From contig OY969767.1 in the NCBI GenBank assembly GCA_963702895.1, forward strand, positions 992,001-1,056,000: DNA of 64,000 nt, in the 5' to 3' direction. The stretch's first letter is position 1. Each line of letters opens with the position of its first letter. Of the stretch, positions 19,105-28,892 are shown piece after piece. Under the pieces are notes generated by a model. It was not told the origin of the DNA. It ran no database searches and worked only from the letters and a program-made list of their open reading frames with translations. Source of the DNA: an uncultured Elusimicrobia bacterium. GTDB lineage: Bacteria > Elusimicrobiota > Elusimicrobia > 2-01-FULL-59-12. The position numbers and the translations under genes are program-made.

Positions 19105-20747
19105 TGCCAATCTTGATCACGTCATCTCTGAAAAAATATTTCGGATTGGGCGTGGCCCTGAGCAGTTACCTTTGGTTCGGAGTCTCCGGCTTGCGTTTCG
19201 GACTCCCGGATGCCCACCATATTCTCTCTTATAACTGCGACGAGACCAACTGGATCGAAAGCCTGGGCAAACTCACTCGTGAGAACGGTTACAACCCACA
19301 CCCCCACTTAAATCAACCGGCTTTTTTCCTCCAGAGCTACGCCGCAGCAGCTTGGATCGCAGTCAAAACGGGCTACCTCACGATTCCAAAGTCACTCGCC
19401 TATCTTCGGGATCATCCAGACGCCTTTGCGCGCTATTTTCTAGTCGGTCGATCTCTTCAAATCGTCTATGGGATCGCTTTGCTTTTTGTGATGTGGTTCG
19501 GATTATCCCGTTTGTTGGGTCCCGGGGCGGCATCCGCAGCGGTTTTACTCATGTCTGTCACTCCTGGACTCGTGGCGGCTTCGCACTTTATTCAATCGAA
19601 CCTCCCGGTCACAACACTTTCATTTGCCGCAATCGTGTTTCTGATGTTGGATGAACGCAATCCCAAAGGGCCCCGCCGTTGGCTTTGGCTGGGAAGCTTC
19701 TTCTGCGGCTTGGCTTTGATGACGAAGTTCTCGGCCGCTCCACTATTTTTAGTGGCTCTTTATCAGGCCGCTCGCTACGAACGGCCGGTTCAACAAGCAT
19801 TCGCCAGTTTCTTTTGCTTCATGCTGGGCGTGGGATTGGGCGATTTCTTCCTTTTTCTCTCATTCGGAAAAGCTTGGGAGACCTATCACACCATTTCGAG
19901 CCAAGTCATCTTCAACAAACATGCGGCAGAAGCGTATTACACACCGTTGGAAATATTTCTTTATCCCCTCCGTTATGTTCTTTCCTTCAGCCTGGGTCCC
20001 GTCCAGTGGTTGCTTTTCTGGATCAGTCTCGGCGTCCTGTTCGCACGAAGAGTTTCAGGAATGCGTCTGGTTTTTCTTGCACTCGGCCTCTTCGGGATCG
20101 CCATCACTTCGGTCGGTATGGCGGCTTCCGCCGGGCGGATTCTGCTCGTCGTGCCTCTGGCCATCACGATCATCACATGCGCCGGGGCGTATCTCTGGCA
20201 GAACGCAAGATACCCCATCAAGACAATCCTGGCCGTCAGCTTTTGTGGGTTGTGGGCCTCCAGTGTCGCGTATTCCATGATCATCGTGAAAGCACGGCGG
20301 GCCGAGCCTAACCAAAAACTTTCTTCAGCCTGGATTCTGCGCAACATCGATCCGTCCGCCCGCATCGGCATCCCACGCACGCCGTATTACTGGAGCCCCG
20401 ATGTCGTTCTGGGATCCTACTTCTGGCCGGAGCGCCTCGAAAAGCATTATGGTGTCCATGTATTGAACTATTCGATCGAGGAAGCGAAAAAAATGGACTA
20501 TCTGATTATCTCCTCACGGGACTGGCATCACGCTGCCGTTCTGGGGCCGCACGCCCTCGCTTTACGCACTTGGCTTGAGAATTCTAAGGAATTCCAACAA
20601 GTCCAGGCTTACCCACGGCTTCTGAAGTGGGGCCCGATCACATGGAGACGTCCGGAACGGTATGGCGTTGAAGATGATGATCTCTGGGTCTACTCGATGT
20701 TGATCTATCGACGGGTCCGAGCGGATAAGCGATCGGATTCGGCATGA
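19104..20747 (+). CDS. GT-C fold (ArnT/PMT-like) membrane glycosyltransferase
   Basis: FGLP..YNCDE loop, GLALMTKF, multi-TM, soluble C-terminal domain. Start ATG 19104 (TAATG overlap). Confidence 0.75.
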   Translation: MPILITSSLKKYFGLGVALSSYLWFGVSGLRFGLPDAHHILSYNCDETNWIESLGKLTRENGYNPHPHLNQPAFFLQSYAAAAWIAVKTGYLTIPKSLAYLRDHPDAFARYFLVGRSLQIVYGIALLFVMWFGLSRLLGPGAASAAVLLMSVTPGLVAASHFIQSNLPVTTLSFAAIVFLMLDERNPKGPRRWLWLGSFFCGLALMTKFSAAPLFLVALYQAARYERPVQQAFASFFCFMLGVGLGDFFLFLSFGKAWETYHTISSQVIFNKHAAEAYYTPLEIFLYPLRYVLSFSLGPVQWLLFWISLGVLFARRVSGMRLVFLALGLFGIAITSVGMAASAGRILLVVPLAITIITCAGAYLWQNARYPIKTILAVSFCGLWASSVAYSMIIVKARRAEPNQKLSSAWILRNIDPSARIGIPRTPYYWSPDVVLGSYFWPERLEKHYGVHVLNYSIEEAKKMDYLIISSRDWHHAAVLGPHALALRTWLENSKEFQQVQAYPRLLKWGPITWRRPERYGVEDDDLWVYSMLIYRRVRADKRSDSA

Positions 20748-21475
20748 ATCATCCATGTCCCTCGGGTGCTGACACGATGTCGGAAGGACTCGCTGAACTC
20801 CATCATTACTACGACTGGATCTTTTCCAAATTCCGTCCTTACTTGGGACGACGGATTCTCGAGATAGGCCCTGGTTTTGGATCGCTTGCGGAGCGTCTTA
20901 TGAAGAGTGGCTACGATTACGCCGCCATTGATCAGAACGAGGAAATCATCGACAGGCTTTGCGCTTCACGGACGCTCCCTGACAATCGCGGCATCGTCGG
21001 GGACGTGACCTCGCCATCCCTGCTCTCGGTTTGGGAGACCTTCAAGCCGGACACGCTGATCTCGATGAATGTACTCGAACACATCCAAGACGATACGAAT
21101 CATCTCCGGTCACTTTCGAAGATATTTCCAGGCGCACGGCTTCTCCTCTTTGTCCCTGCGCATCCCTTTCTGTACAGCCGGATGGATCAGGAAGCAGGTC
21201 ATTTTAGACGCTATACCAAAGCGGGCCTCAGGCAACTCCTCAAGGAGTGCGGCCTGATGGTGGATCGTCTCGTCTACATGAACGCAGTCGGCACGCTGAC
21301 CTGGCTGATATCCGCCCGTTTATTCAATTGCCCTCTGCAGGGCGCCTCAACACGACGACAAATGATTCTTTTTGATCGGCTTATTTTGCCTTGGGCGAAG
21401 CACCTGGATTATCTCTTCTCGTCGTGCACAGGCCAATCACTTTTTGCGGCGGCGAGATTTTCGGAGAGTTCATGA
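20744..21475 (+). CDS. Class I SAM-dependent methyltransferase
   Basis: LEIGPGFG, NVLEHI, VPAHPFLY..GHFRRY. Confidence 0.85.
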   Translation: MNHPCPSGADTMSEGLAELHHYYDWIFSKFRPYLGRRILEIGPGFGSLAERLMKSGYDYAAIDQNEEIIDRLCASRTLPDNRGIVGDVTSPSLLSVWETFKPDTLISMNVLEHIQDDTNHLRSLSKIFPGARLLLFVPAHPFLYSRMDQEAGHFRRYTKAGLRQLLKECGLMVDRLVYMNAVGTLTWLISARLFNCPLQGASTRRQMILFDRLILPWAKHLDYLFSSCTGQSLFAAARFSESS

Positions 21476-22773
21476 AAAAGTGGTTCCTATTGTTCCTGAT
21501 CCTGGCTCCCCATCTGGCCATCTTCGCTCTTGCCTGGAGCAAGCCCGAGAACAGCGTTATGTCGGACTCCATAGGATATCTGAACTTGGCGAATAACCTA
21601 TGGAGAGAGCGTGTTTTTTCATCCAGCGTGTCTGCTCCTTTTGAAGCGGACACGTTTCGTACTCCAGGCTATGTTCTGTTCCTCCTGCCCTTCACAATCT
21701 TGAAGGACCTTCCCTTGCACCATACCGTTCTCATAGGTCAAGTCGCGCTTTCCCTTTTGGGCATTCTTGTGTTCTGGCGATGGAATGTCGACTTCAATGG
21801 CCCTGCGATCGCCGCTGTGATGGCCCTCGTCTACGCGTGGGATTGGATCATGCTTTTTCATGTACCGCTGATTCTGTCTGAAACCCTGTTTCTCTTTGTC
21901 CTCGTGCTCAGTTTATGGACCTTGACCTGCGCCATCAGACAACCGTCGTTGAGGAAGGTAGCGATGACTTCCCTCGCCTGGTCGGCGGCCATCATGATCA
22001 AACCCATCGCTCTCTATCTACCGGTGTTCCTCTCCTTTTTCTGGATTCGCCAACGCAGCAGGGCGATTCTTTTCTTGCTTGTTACCTACTCGCTGCCGGG
22101 ACTTTGGATCCTCCGGAATTATCAAAACACCGGAACCCCGATATTCTCTTCTGTGGGAGGTATTTCGCTGCTGCGCTACCCAGCCGCGAACGCACTGGCT
22201 TTGGATCAGCACCGTTCATGGGGCGAAACCGTTCGTGAGCTGGAAGAGGACATTCAAAATCACTATCCCGGCGGATTCCGCAGCCCAACAGAAAAAGCGC
22301 GTGTGTATGGGGACCACGCCATCGCCATCATGCGTCGCCATCCTTGGAGGACGTTGGAACATTGCCTCTATGGCACGCTTCGGATCCTGTGTGGTACGGG
22401 GATTGAGATGCTCTTTAATTATGGGAGTACCTCGATTTCAGAGACGCAGGCACATGCCACCACCAGTGCTCTAAGCGGACAAGGCACTCTCAATCTGTTG
22501 AGACGCCGCCCGCTGGCCATCGTGCCTTTTTCGTTCTATGTTCTCTATCTGAGCGCACTTTACATCGCCTTTGTTTACGGACTTTTCTCCTTGTGGAGGC
22601 GAAGGAACTTCTCGATGTTGATGTTGCTTCTGGGAGGAGCTCTCTATTTTTTGGTCCTTTCCAATCATCAAGGCTATTACCGTTACCGGCTCCCGATGAT
22701 GCCGTTTCTTGTCGCAGGGGCCGGATTTGGCATCGTCGCATGGCGGGGTCGTTACAGGCGGGTTAAGACGTGA
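21472..22773 (+). CDS. GT-C fold (ArnT/PMT-like) membrane glycosyltransferase
   Basis: SDSIGY, RTPGY, LSETLF, RYRLPMMP. Start ATG 21472 (ATGA overlap). Confidence 0.75.
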   Translation: MKKWFLLFLILAPHLAIFALAWSKPENSVMSDSIGYLNLANNLWRERVFSSSVSAPFEADTFRTPGYVLFLLPFTILKDLPLHHTVLIGQVALSLLGILVFWRWNVDFNGPAIAAVMALVYAWDWIMLFHVPLILSETLFLFVLVLSLWTLTCAIRQPSLRKVAMTSLAWSAAIMIKPIALYLPVFLSFFWIRQRSRAILFLLVTYSLPGLWILRNYQNTGTPIFSSVGGISLLRYPAANALALDQHRSWGETVRELEEDIQNHYPGGFRSPTEKARVYGDHAIAIMRRHPWRTLEHCLYGTLRILCGTGIEMLFNYGSTSISETQAHATTSALSGQGTLNLLRRRPLAIVPFSFYVLYLSALYIAFVYGLFSLWRRRNFSMLMLLLGGALYFLVLSNHQGYYRYRLPMMPFLVAGAGFGIVAWRGRYRRVKT

Positions 22774-23546
22774 CGCCTTCCTCCCTATCCATCATCATCC
22801 CTGTATTCAATGAAGCCGGGGGGCTTCCGGGGACGATCGACAGATTCCACCAAACTCTGAAACAGAACCTGCCGGGTCTGGCCCACGAAATGATCATCGT
22901 CGACGATGCGTCGACGGATGGGAGCACCCGTCAGATTCCTGCCGATTCCGCGATTCGCGTGATCCGCCACTCCTACAACCGTGGTTACGGGGCTGCGCTC
23001 AAAACGGGCATTCAAGCGGCGAAGTACGATGCGATTCTGATCTGCGATGCGGACGGAAGTTACAGTATTGAGGACCTATCCTCTCTGATCGCACCCTTCG
23101 AAGAGTCCATGCTGGTCGTGGCACAGAGACGTGCGATTGTGTATCCCCACTGGATGCGTACGAAAGTGGCAGCACGCAGGCTTCTTAAAATATGGTTGCG
23201 TGTCTTGACGGGTGTGGATATTCCGGACATCAACTCCGGATTTCGACTCTTTTCCCGAAGCCGTGTTTTGTCGCTGCTGCCCCAGCTGTCTGACCGCTTC
23301 TCTTTCACAACAGGCCTTACGATGTATTGGATTTACTCGAAATACCCTATTACGTATGTTCCCACGAACTATGCATCACGCGTGGGACAATCGAAGGTCC
23401 GTTTCATCCGGGACGGCATCCGTCTCCTACGACAAACGGGGAGAATCGCGTGGGCATGCCGAGCCCGTCGCGTGCTTGGACTATGCCTCCTTTTCGGGGC
23501 AACGGCCATCTTTCTGGCCACGGTGTTCGCTGGGGCGTTGCGGTGA
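22770..23546 (+). CDS. GT2 polyprenyl-phosphate sugar synthase-like
   Basis: IIPVFNE, VDDASTDG, NRGYGAA, DADGSY, DINSGFR; one C-terminal TM. Confidence 0.88.
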   Translation: MTPSSLSIIIPVFNEAGGLPGTIDRFHQTLKQNLPGLAHEMIIVDDASTDGSTRQIPADSAIRVIRHSYNRGYGAALKTGIQAAKYDAILICDADGSYSIEDLSSLIAPFEESMLVVAQRRAIVYPHWMRTKVAARRLLKIWLRVLTGVDIPDINSGFRLFSRSRVLSLLPQLSDRFSFTTGLTMYWIYSKYPITYVPTNYASRVGQSKVRFIRDGIRLLRQTGRIAWACRARRVLGLCLLFGATAIFLATVFAGALR

Positions 23547-23706
23547 ATCGTACCACGCATCTGAAGCGTTCTGGGTGCTCTTCGACGGTTTTGGTTCATC
23601 TGATGGGCGCCAATCGGACGGAGGTAGCCGGTCACGTATCGGAAGACACCCGGTACGACGGGAAAGCCCTTCCGGCTCTGTCCATGCACCGACGTTCCAA
23701 CGTCTT

Positions 23707-24639
23707 ATGATCGCGCGGGCGCTTGCCATTCTTCGGGTTTTGTGGCGGTGGATGCGTGCATGGCGCCCTCTGAATCGTGTGTTGACGGGGATGGGTCGTG
23801 TGCTGATCCATTGGGGCGTTTCGCCTTATTTTTTTCTCGAACACCTTCCTTATCTAGGCCCTGTTCAACTCTCTTTGTCCGAGGGACGGAAGATCCACAT
23901 TCGATCCTACGGTGACGATTATCTCCTGAATAGCATTTTTTGGCGTGGGGTTTACGAGCCCGAATCGTTCCCTCTTTTCTGCCAACTGGCGGAGACGTCG
24001 CGCGGGGTGCTCGATATCGGCGCTCACATTGGTACCTACGCGTTAGCGGCAGCTCGCGTTAACCCGCAAGCAGAAGTGCATGCGTTTGAACCCCTGCCGG
24101 AGGCCTATCGGCGCTTGGTGGATAATATCCGTCTGAACGGCTTGAGCAATCTGAAGCCGCATCCATGGGCGGTCGGAAAGGAAAACAAAGAAGCCGCACT
24201 CCGCTACGATATCCACGGACCGATCCCCAGCAATTCAACACTGCGCTCAGGTCCTCACGGTTCTGTCGGGGATACGCGCGCTGTCCAAGTTCACGTAATC
24301 TCCCTCGATAGAATGGCTGCTGAGGAGGGACTACCGCCTGTCGATTTGGTGAAAATTGATACTGAGGGTACCGAATGGGATGTGTTTGTGGGAATGGCGC
24401 ACCTTCTGGCCAGGGATCGGCCTATCATTTTCTGTGAAGTCTTGGATAAGATAGGCCAACCCGCCCAGTTGGAGGAGATTCTGATTCCGTTGGGATACCA
24501 TTTCTTCCGCCTGGAACCAGATGGTCCCAAATCCCTTCCCCATTTGGAAACCCATCCACAATGGTGGAACTATCTTTTCATTACGGAACATATTTTGAAA
24601 ACAAGAATCACAGATATCCGGTTCACAGGAAAGGCCTAG
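23707..24639 (+). CDS. FkbM family methyltransferase
   Basis: LDIGAHIG, AFEP, VKIDTEGTE; start uncertain. Confidence 0.85.
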   Translation: MIARALAILRVLWRWMRAWRPLNRVLTGMGRVLIHWGVSPYFFLEHLPYLGPVQLSLSEGRKIHIRSYGDDYLLNSIFWRGVYEPESFPLFCQLAETSRGVLDIGAHIGTYALAAARVNPQAEVHAFEPLPEAYRRLVDNIRLNGLSNLKPHPWAVGKENKEAALRYDIHGPIPSNSTLRSGPHGSVGDTRAVQVHVISLDRMAAEEGLPPVDLVKIDTEGTEWDVFVGMAHLLARDRPIIFCEVLDKIGQPAQLEEILIPLGYHFFRLEPDGPKSLPHLETHPQWWNYLFITEHILKTRITDIRFTGKA

Positions 24640-24863
24640 ACGATTCGACCCTTGAGGTTCTGCTTGATTCGCGAAGGAAGGGTGTAATTTGCTGCGGATC
24701 TTGGAGAGGTCAGCGATGTTGGCGTAAGATAAGCGAGAATTGGTGATCATGAACTCGATAGGAGGCTTGGCATCGGCATGACGACAGAAGAATTCTCCAT
24801 CCATATTTTGACAGTTTGGACGAGCCGTATTTCTAACCCTATCATCAACACACAAAATCGTCT

Positions 24864-26156
24864 GTGATTTTCATAAAGACGGGAAAATTTCTTCAGCGAT
24901 ACCAGGGGATGGAGATGGGAGACCGGACGAGGTCTCTTCTGCAGGGGTTAGATTGGGTCGTCTCCGCAAGCTTGATTTCCCGCTTGCTCGTTGGTGGAAC
25001 AACTCTCGTGATCGCGCGCAAACTGGGCGCGGCAGCTTTTGGTGAAGCCAACGTGTCGCTGGCCCTGGCGTTGTGGATCCAGATACCGATGCTCATCAGT
25101 CTGCAGACGGCCGTGGTTCACTACCTGCCTCAATCATCCATGGATGAGAAGTCATCGTGGATCTCGACGGCCCTTGGACTCCAGCTGGTTTTCATGGTTT
25201 TGACACTCAGCATCGGTTGGTTTGCTCGAGAAACATGGTGTGCCCTTTTTCGTATTCCTTCCCCCTATTTCCTGGGAGCCTTGTTGTGGTGCACAGGCTA
25301 TCTCCTATTCTCGGCAATAACATCGGTTTTCAGCGCTCTCGAGAAGTTTAGGGCGCGTGCCTTCTCGGAAATTCTCTTTGCGATGGTCTTTCCGCTTTTG
25401 ATCGTCGGATGGAGCACCGATGGGAATCTGAACGCGCTACGATACATACATTCCCTCGGTGCGACGTACGCCGGTGTCGGGCTCATCGGTTTGGTCGTAC
25501 TGATGGCAAAGGTAAACGTCTTTGCGTTTTCCCCCTCACGTATCTCTCCTTTGATGCGTTTTGCACTGTTGGCCAGCCTTGGAAGTCTCGTGAATGCGTT
25601 GCTTCATTCGCCGGGGCGCCTGATCGCCAATCGTTTCTTGAGCATGTCAGAGGTAGGCGTGTTGTCAGCCTATCAGTCGGCCTCGATCCAGATCGCCCTC
25701 TTTTTCCTTGCGGCTGTTTCTCAAGTCTTTTTCCCCATCGCCTCTCGAACGCCCGATCCAGCCGCGCTCTTAGTGAAAATAAAAAAGTTTTTACTTCAGA
25801 GTGCGCCGGTGCTCTTCATCCTTCAAATTGCTTTGACGGCTTGTCTATTTAAGTTACTGGGGCGTGGTTATCCCTTGTATCTGCAGGAAACAGTTCTGTT
25901 CTCTTTGGCTGCGGTCATGGTGTTTGCGTACGGATTGCTCGCATGGTTCCTCGTCTCCTGCGGAATTCGGTTGATGTTGCTCAGCTTTCTCTGTGGTATT
26001 CTGGCCGGCGCCTCCAATCTCCTTTTGAGCTGGATGCTCATCCCTTCCTTGGGGATCCGGGGAGCCGGTCTAGCCATGGTCCTCTCGCCCATCCTCGGCA
26101 TCGCTCTCAGTTGGCTGGTGGCCAAGCGGTTCATCCCTCCATGCGGATCACATTAG
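24864..26156 (+). CDS. Wzx-like (MOP superfamily) oligosaccharide flippase
   Basis: About 12 TM; ARKLGAAAFG, EVGVLS, LIPSLGIRGAGLA. Confidence 0.75.
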   Translation: MIFIKTGKFLQRYQGMEMGDRTRSLLQGLDWVVSASLISRLLVGGTTLVIARKLGAAAFGEANVSLALALWIQIPMLISLQTAVVHYLPQSSMDEKSSWISTALGLQLVFMVLTLSIGWFARETWCALFRIPSPYFLGALLWCTGYLLFSAITSVFSALEKFRARAFSEILFAMVFPLLIVGWSTDGNLNALRYIHSLGATYAGVGLIGLVVLMAKVNVFAFSPSRISPLMRFALLASLGSLVNALLHSPGRLIANRFLSMSEVGVLSAYQSASIQIALFFLAAVSQVFFPIASRTPDPAALLVKIKKFLLQSAPVLFILQIALTACLFKLLGRGYPLYLQETVLFSLAAVMVFAYGLLAWFLVSCGIRLMLLSFLCGILAGASNLLLSWMLIPSLGIRGAGLAMVLSPILGIALSWLVAKRFIPPCGSH

Positions 26157-27262
26157 TTTGTTCTTCATTGATGAGCGGTGGAGCTGAAAGACTGGTGGCT
26201 CTGCAGTCCGGTGAGTATGCGAGAAGAGGAGATACAGTCACGGTGGTCACCCTAAGTCGAGAAGAAACCGATTTTTACGTGCTTGCCCCCGGAGTCCGTC
26301 GTGTGGCCTTGAGATTGAGTGCCATGTCTCGAAATTCTGTGGAGTCTCTAACGAACACGTTTCGTCGATTGATCGCCCTACGTCGCGCGATTCAAGGCAC
26401 GGATCCTGGGGTCGTGGTGTCGTTTGTTGATCAACTGAATGTCATGACACTTATGGCTCTTCTGGGGACAGGAATTCCCGTCATTGTGACGGAACATCTG
26501 GATCCGCGCTGGCCTTCGTGCTCCCGCATTTGGAGACTCATGCGCCGGCTGCTTTATCCCCTCGCGGCGGCACTCGTCAGTACATGTGAAGGGGTCGACC
26601 GACAGTATTCATGGCTCCCCGCGCGCAGACGTCAGGTCAATTACAATCCCTTGACCAATATTCACGAGGAAACAGAGGCGTCCACATCACCTATGCTGCT
26701 GCCCTTGGATCGAAAACGGATCACTGCCATGGGAAGGCTGGTCCCACAAAAAGGTTTCGATTTGCTCATTCAGGCGTTTTCAGAGATCGCCAGCCTCCAC
26801 CCCGACTGGGACCTCTTGATCTTGGGGGAAGGCCCTGAGCGCACGCACCTTGAGGAAGTGGTCACAGGGAAGGCGCTGGTGGGACGTGTGAGCCTAATAG
26901 GACTTCAGAAAGCACCTTTTTCTATCTTAAAGCAGTGCCATCTTTTTGTCCTATCGTCACGCGCGGAAGGGTTTGGGAATGTTCTGATTGAGGCGATGGC
27001 ATGCGGACTGCCCGTCATCAGTTTTGATTGCCCGAGTGGTCCCTCAGAGATCATCCGCCACGGAGAAGACGGGTGGCTCGTACCGGCTGGAGACGTGAAG
27101 GCCCTCTCGAATGCGATCGATCGGATGATTCGACAGCCCGAGACGAGGCAAGTCTTGCAAAAGGCAGCCCTCCAAAATGTCCAGCGTTTCAGTCTCGAAA
27201 AGCATATGAAGCGTTGGGATGATTTATTCCTAAGATTGGAAATATTAAATCAGTCACGGTAG
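26141..27262 (+). CDS. GT4 glycosyltransferase (PglH/PglJ/AmsD-like)
   Basis: GGAER, MGRLVPQKG, EGFGNVLIEAMACG, DCPSGP; start ATG 26141. Confidence 0.9.
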   Translation: MRITLVCSSLMSGGAERLVALQSGEYARRGDTVTVVTLSREETDFYVLAPGVRRVALRLSAMSRNSVESLTNTFRRLIALRRAIQGTDPGVVVSFVDQLNVMTLMALLGTGIPVIVTEHLDPRWPSCSRIWRLMRRLLYPLAAALVSTCEGVDRQYSWLPARRRQVNYNPLTNIHEETEASTSPMLLPLDRKRITAMGRLVPQKGFDLLIQAFSEIASLHPDWDLLILGEGPERTHLEEVVTGKALVGRVSLIGLQKAPFSILKQCHLFVLSSRAEGFGNVLIEAMACGLPVISFDCPSGPSEIIRHGEDGWLVPAGDVKALSNAIDRMIRQPETRQVLQKAALQNVQRFSLEKHMKRWDDLFLRLEILNQSR

Positions 27263-27374
27263 CCAGTCCATCGCGGACTCTGGATTTAAGAGAAGAGAAC
27301 TGGATAACGAGACAGGGGCCTGCCGTTAGCCAGGTTCTTATGTCCGAATTGGTCGTGCTTTTTCGAGATCTGAT

Positions 27375-28892
27375 TCAGGCGCGTCGGAATGATTTCCAGG
27401 ACATGATGAGATCCATCTCGAAGTTGAAGACCAAGACTCTATAGCGAATGCGCAGATCGGCTAGCGCCTTCATGAGGTAGAGAAACGCCTTTTTAAGGAT
27501 CCCCTGTGGGAGAGCCCCGACATTCATATTGCTAAAGTCAATGTAGAACGAAACCCGTTTGATCAATTCAGGATCTTTGATCCACGGAAGTCGGTCGATG
27601 CTGTCATAGCCCGTTAATCGGTTGATAGAGGTGCTCCATTCTTCCAGCGATTGGGGTTCTTGATACCCATACTGTGCCAAACATTCATCGTAGAGCGCCC
27701 CACCTGGATACGGACGAAACACTTGAGGACCGATGATCGAAATCAATCGACTGCGTGATTTGAGACTCCGGATCATATCGAGCGTTGCCCAGGTCTCTTC
27801 GGGTGTCTCTCCTGGGACGCCCATCATGAACGAATAGCTCACCCCCATGCCACTTTGGGTGATGAAATCAGCAGACTGGTGGATTTGAGCAAGCGTAATA
27901 TCCTTTTTAAGTTTATCGAGAATCCTCTGAGAACCGGACTCGGCACCGACCGCCAGGCGATGGCAGCCAATCCCTTGCAGGCGCTTCATGAGATCAAGAT
28001 CAGCAATCTTGCGGTCAAAAGCATCTGCCCTCATGTTGGTATACCAGCCAAATCTTAGTTTACGATGAGTCACTTCTTCGACGAAGCGTTCCACGTTGCG
28101 CCTATTGATAAAGAAGTTCTCATCTGAAAAGTCAAAATAGTTGATGTTGTACTGGGTCATGAGAAATTCAATTTCGTCAGCAATGCGCTTCGGAGACTTG
28201 GTTCGGTATTTGCCGAGCGAGAGATGTTTATTGGAATTGATGCAAAAGGTGCAACGATAAGGACATCCAACACCGGTGAGAATAATCCCCCAATTGACCG
28301 GGGTCGTTTCCTGTCCCCGGAAAACCATTCGATGTTGGTATCGTGGATAATTCACCAGATCCATGTTGAAATAGGGAAGATCATCAAGACTGTGGCATGG
28401 TCTTTCTCCGGTATCAACCATCTTGTTATCTCTTAGGAAGCATAGACCTTGAACGCTTGTGGGATCACCCTTGCTTTTCAAGATCGATAGGAGTTCAAGC
28501 GAGGTGTATTCGCCCTCCCCCATGCACACATAGTCGACAACCCCGGACCTCAGAACGCTCTCGGGGTACAACGTGGGATGGATCCCCCCCCAAACAACGG
28601 GGATGTGCGGGTGCGTCTGTTTGAGGTATTGGGAGAGTTCCAAAGCATGGGTAATTTGCGATGTCATGACGCTTAGCCCTATGAAAGCCACACCATTTGG
28701 ATTGGAGTGAAGACACGATTCCAACGACTGGATGGGATCCTTTTCTACAACCATATCCAGGATTCCCGTACTCCACCCACGCGCCTGGAGGAGGCTCCCA
28801 ATCGAGAGTATTCCCGCATAGAGGTAGGGAAGGGAACGATCAGCTTCCGAGTAATAAACAGAACGCGGATTGATTAATAGGCAGTCATACAT
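27375..28892 (-). CDS. Cobalamin-dependent radical SAM enzyme
   Basis: LLINP, WGGIHPT, GEGE, CPYRCTFC, GAESGS, GVPGET; start ATG 28892. Confidence 0.9.
   Translation of the reverse strand: MYDCLLINPRSVYYSEADRSLPYLYAGILSIGSLLQARGWSTGILDMVVEKDPIQSLESCLHSNPNGVAFIGLSVMTSQITHALELSQYLKQTHPHIPVVWGGIHPTLYPESVLRSGVVDYVCMGEGEYTSLELLSILKSKGDPTSVQGLCFLRDNKMVDTGERPCHSLDDLPYFNMDLVNYPRYQHRMVFRGQETTPVNWGIILTGVGCPYRCTFCINSNKHLSLGKYRTKSPKRIADEIEFLMTQYNINYFDFSDENFFINRRNVERFVEEVTHRKLRFGWYTNMRADAFDRKIADLDLMKRLQGIGCHRLAVGAESGSQRILDKLKKDITLAQIHQSADFITQSGMGVSYSFMMGVPGETPEETWATLDMIRSLKSRSRLISIIGPQVFRPYPGGALYDECLAQYGYQEPQSLEEWSTSINRLTGYDSIDRLPWIKDPELIKRVSFYIDFSNMNVGALPQGILKKAFLYLMKALADLRIRYRVLVFNFEMDLIMSWKSFRRA

Noticed and set aside
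23212..23706. N-terminal extensions given in the ORF track (also 18858, 21391, 25943, 28979, 37553, 38395, 55195)
   Set aside because: They overlap upstream genes in another frame; internal starts fit the family N-termini and stop/start overlaps better.
27336..27350. Possible right IS end making the radical SAM gene IS cargo
   Set aside because: Only 8 of 15 bases match the candidate left end.
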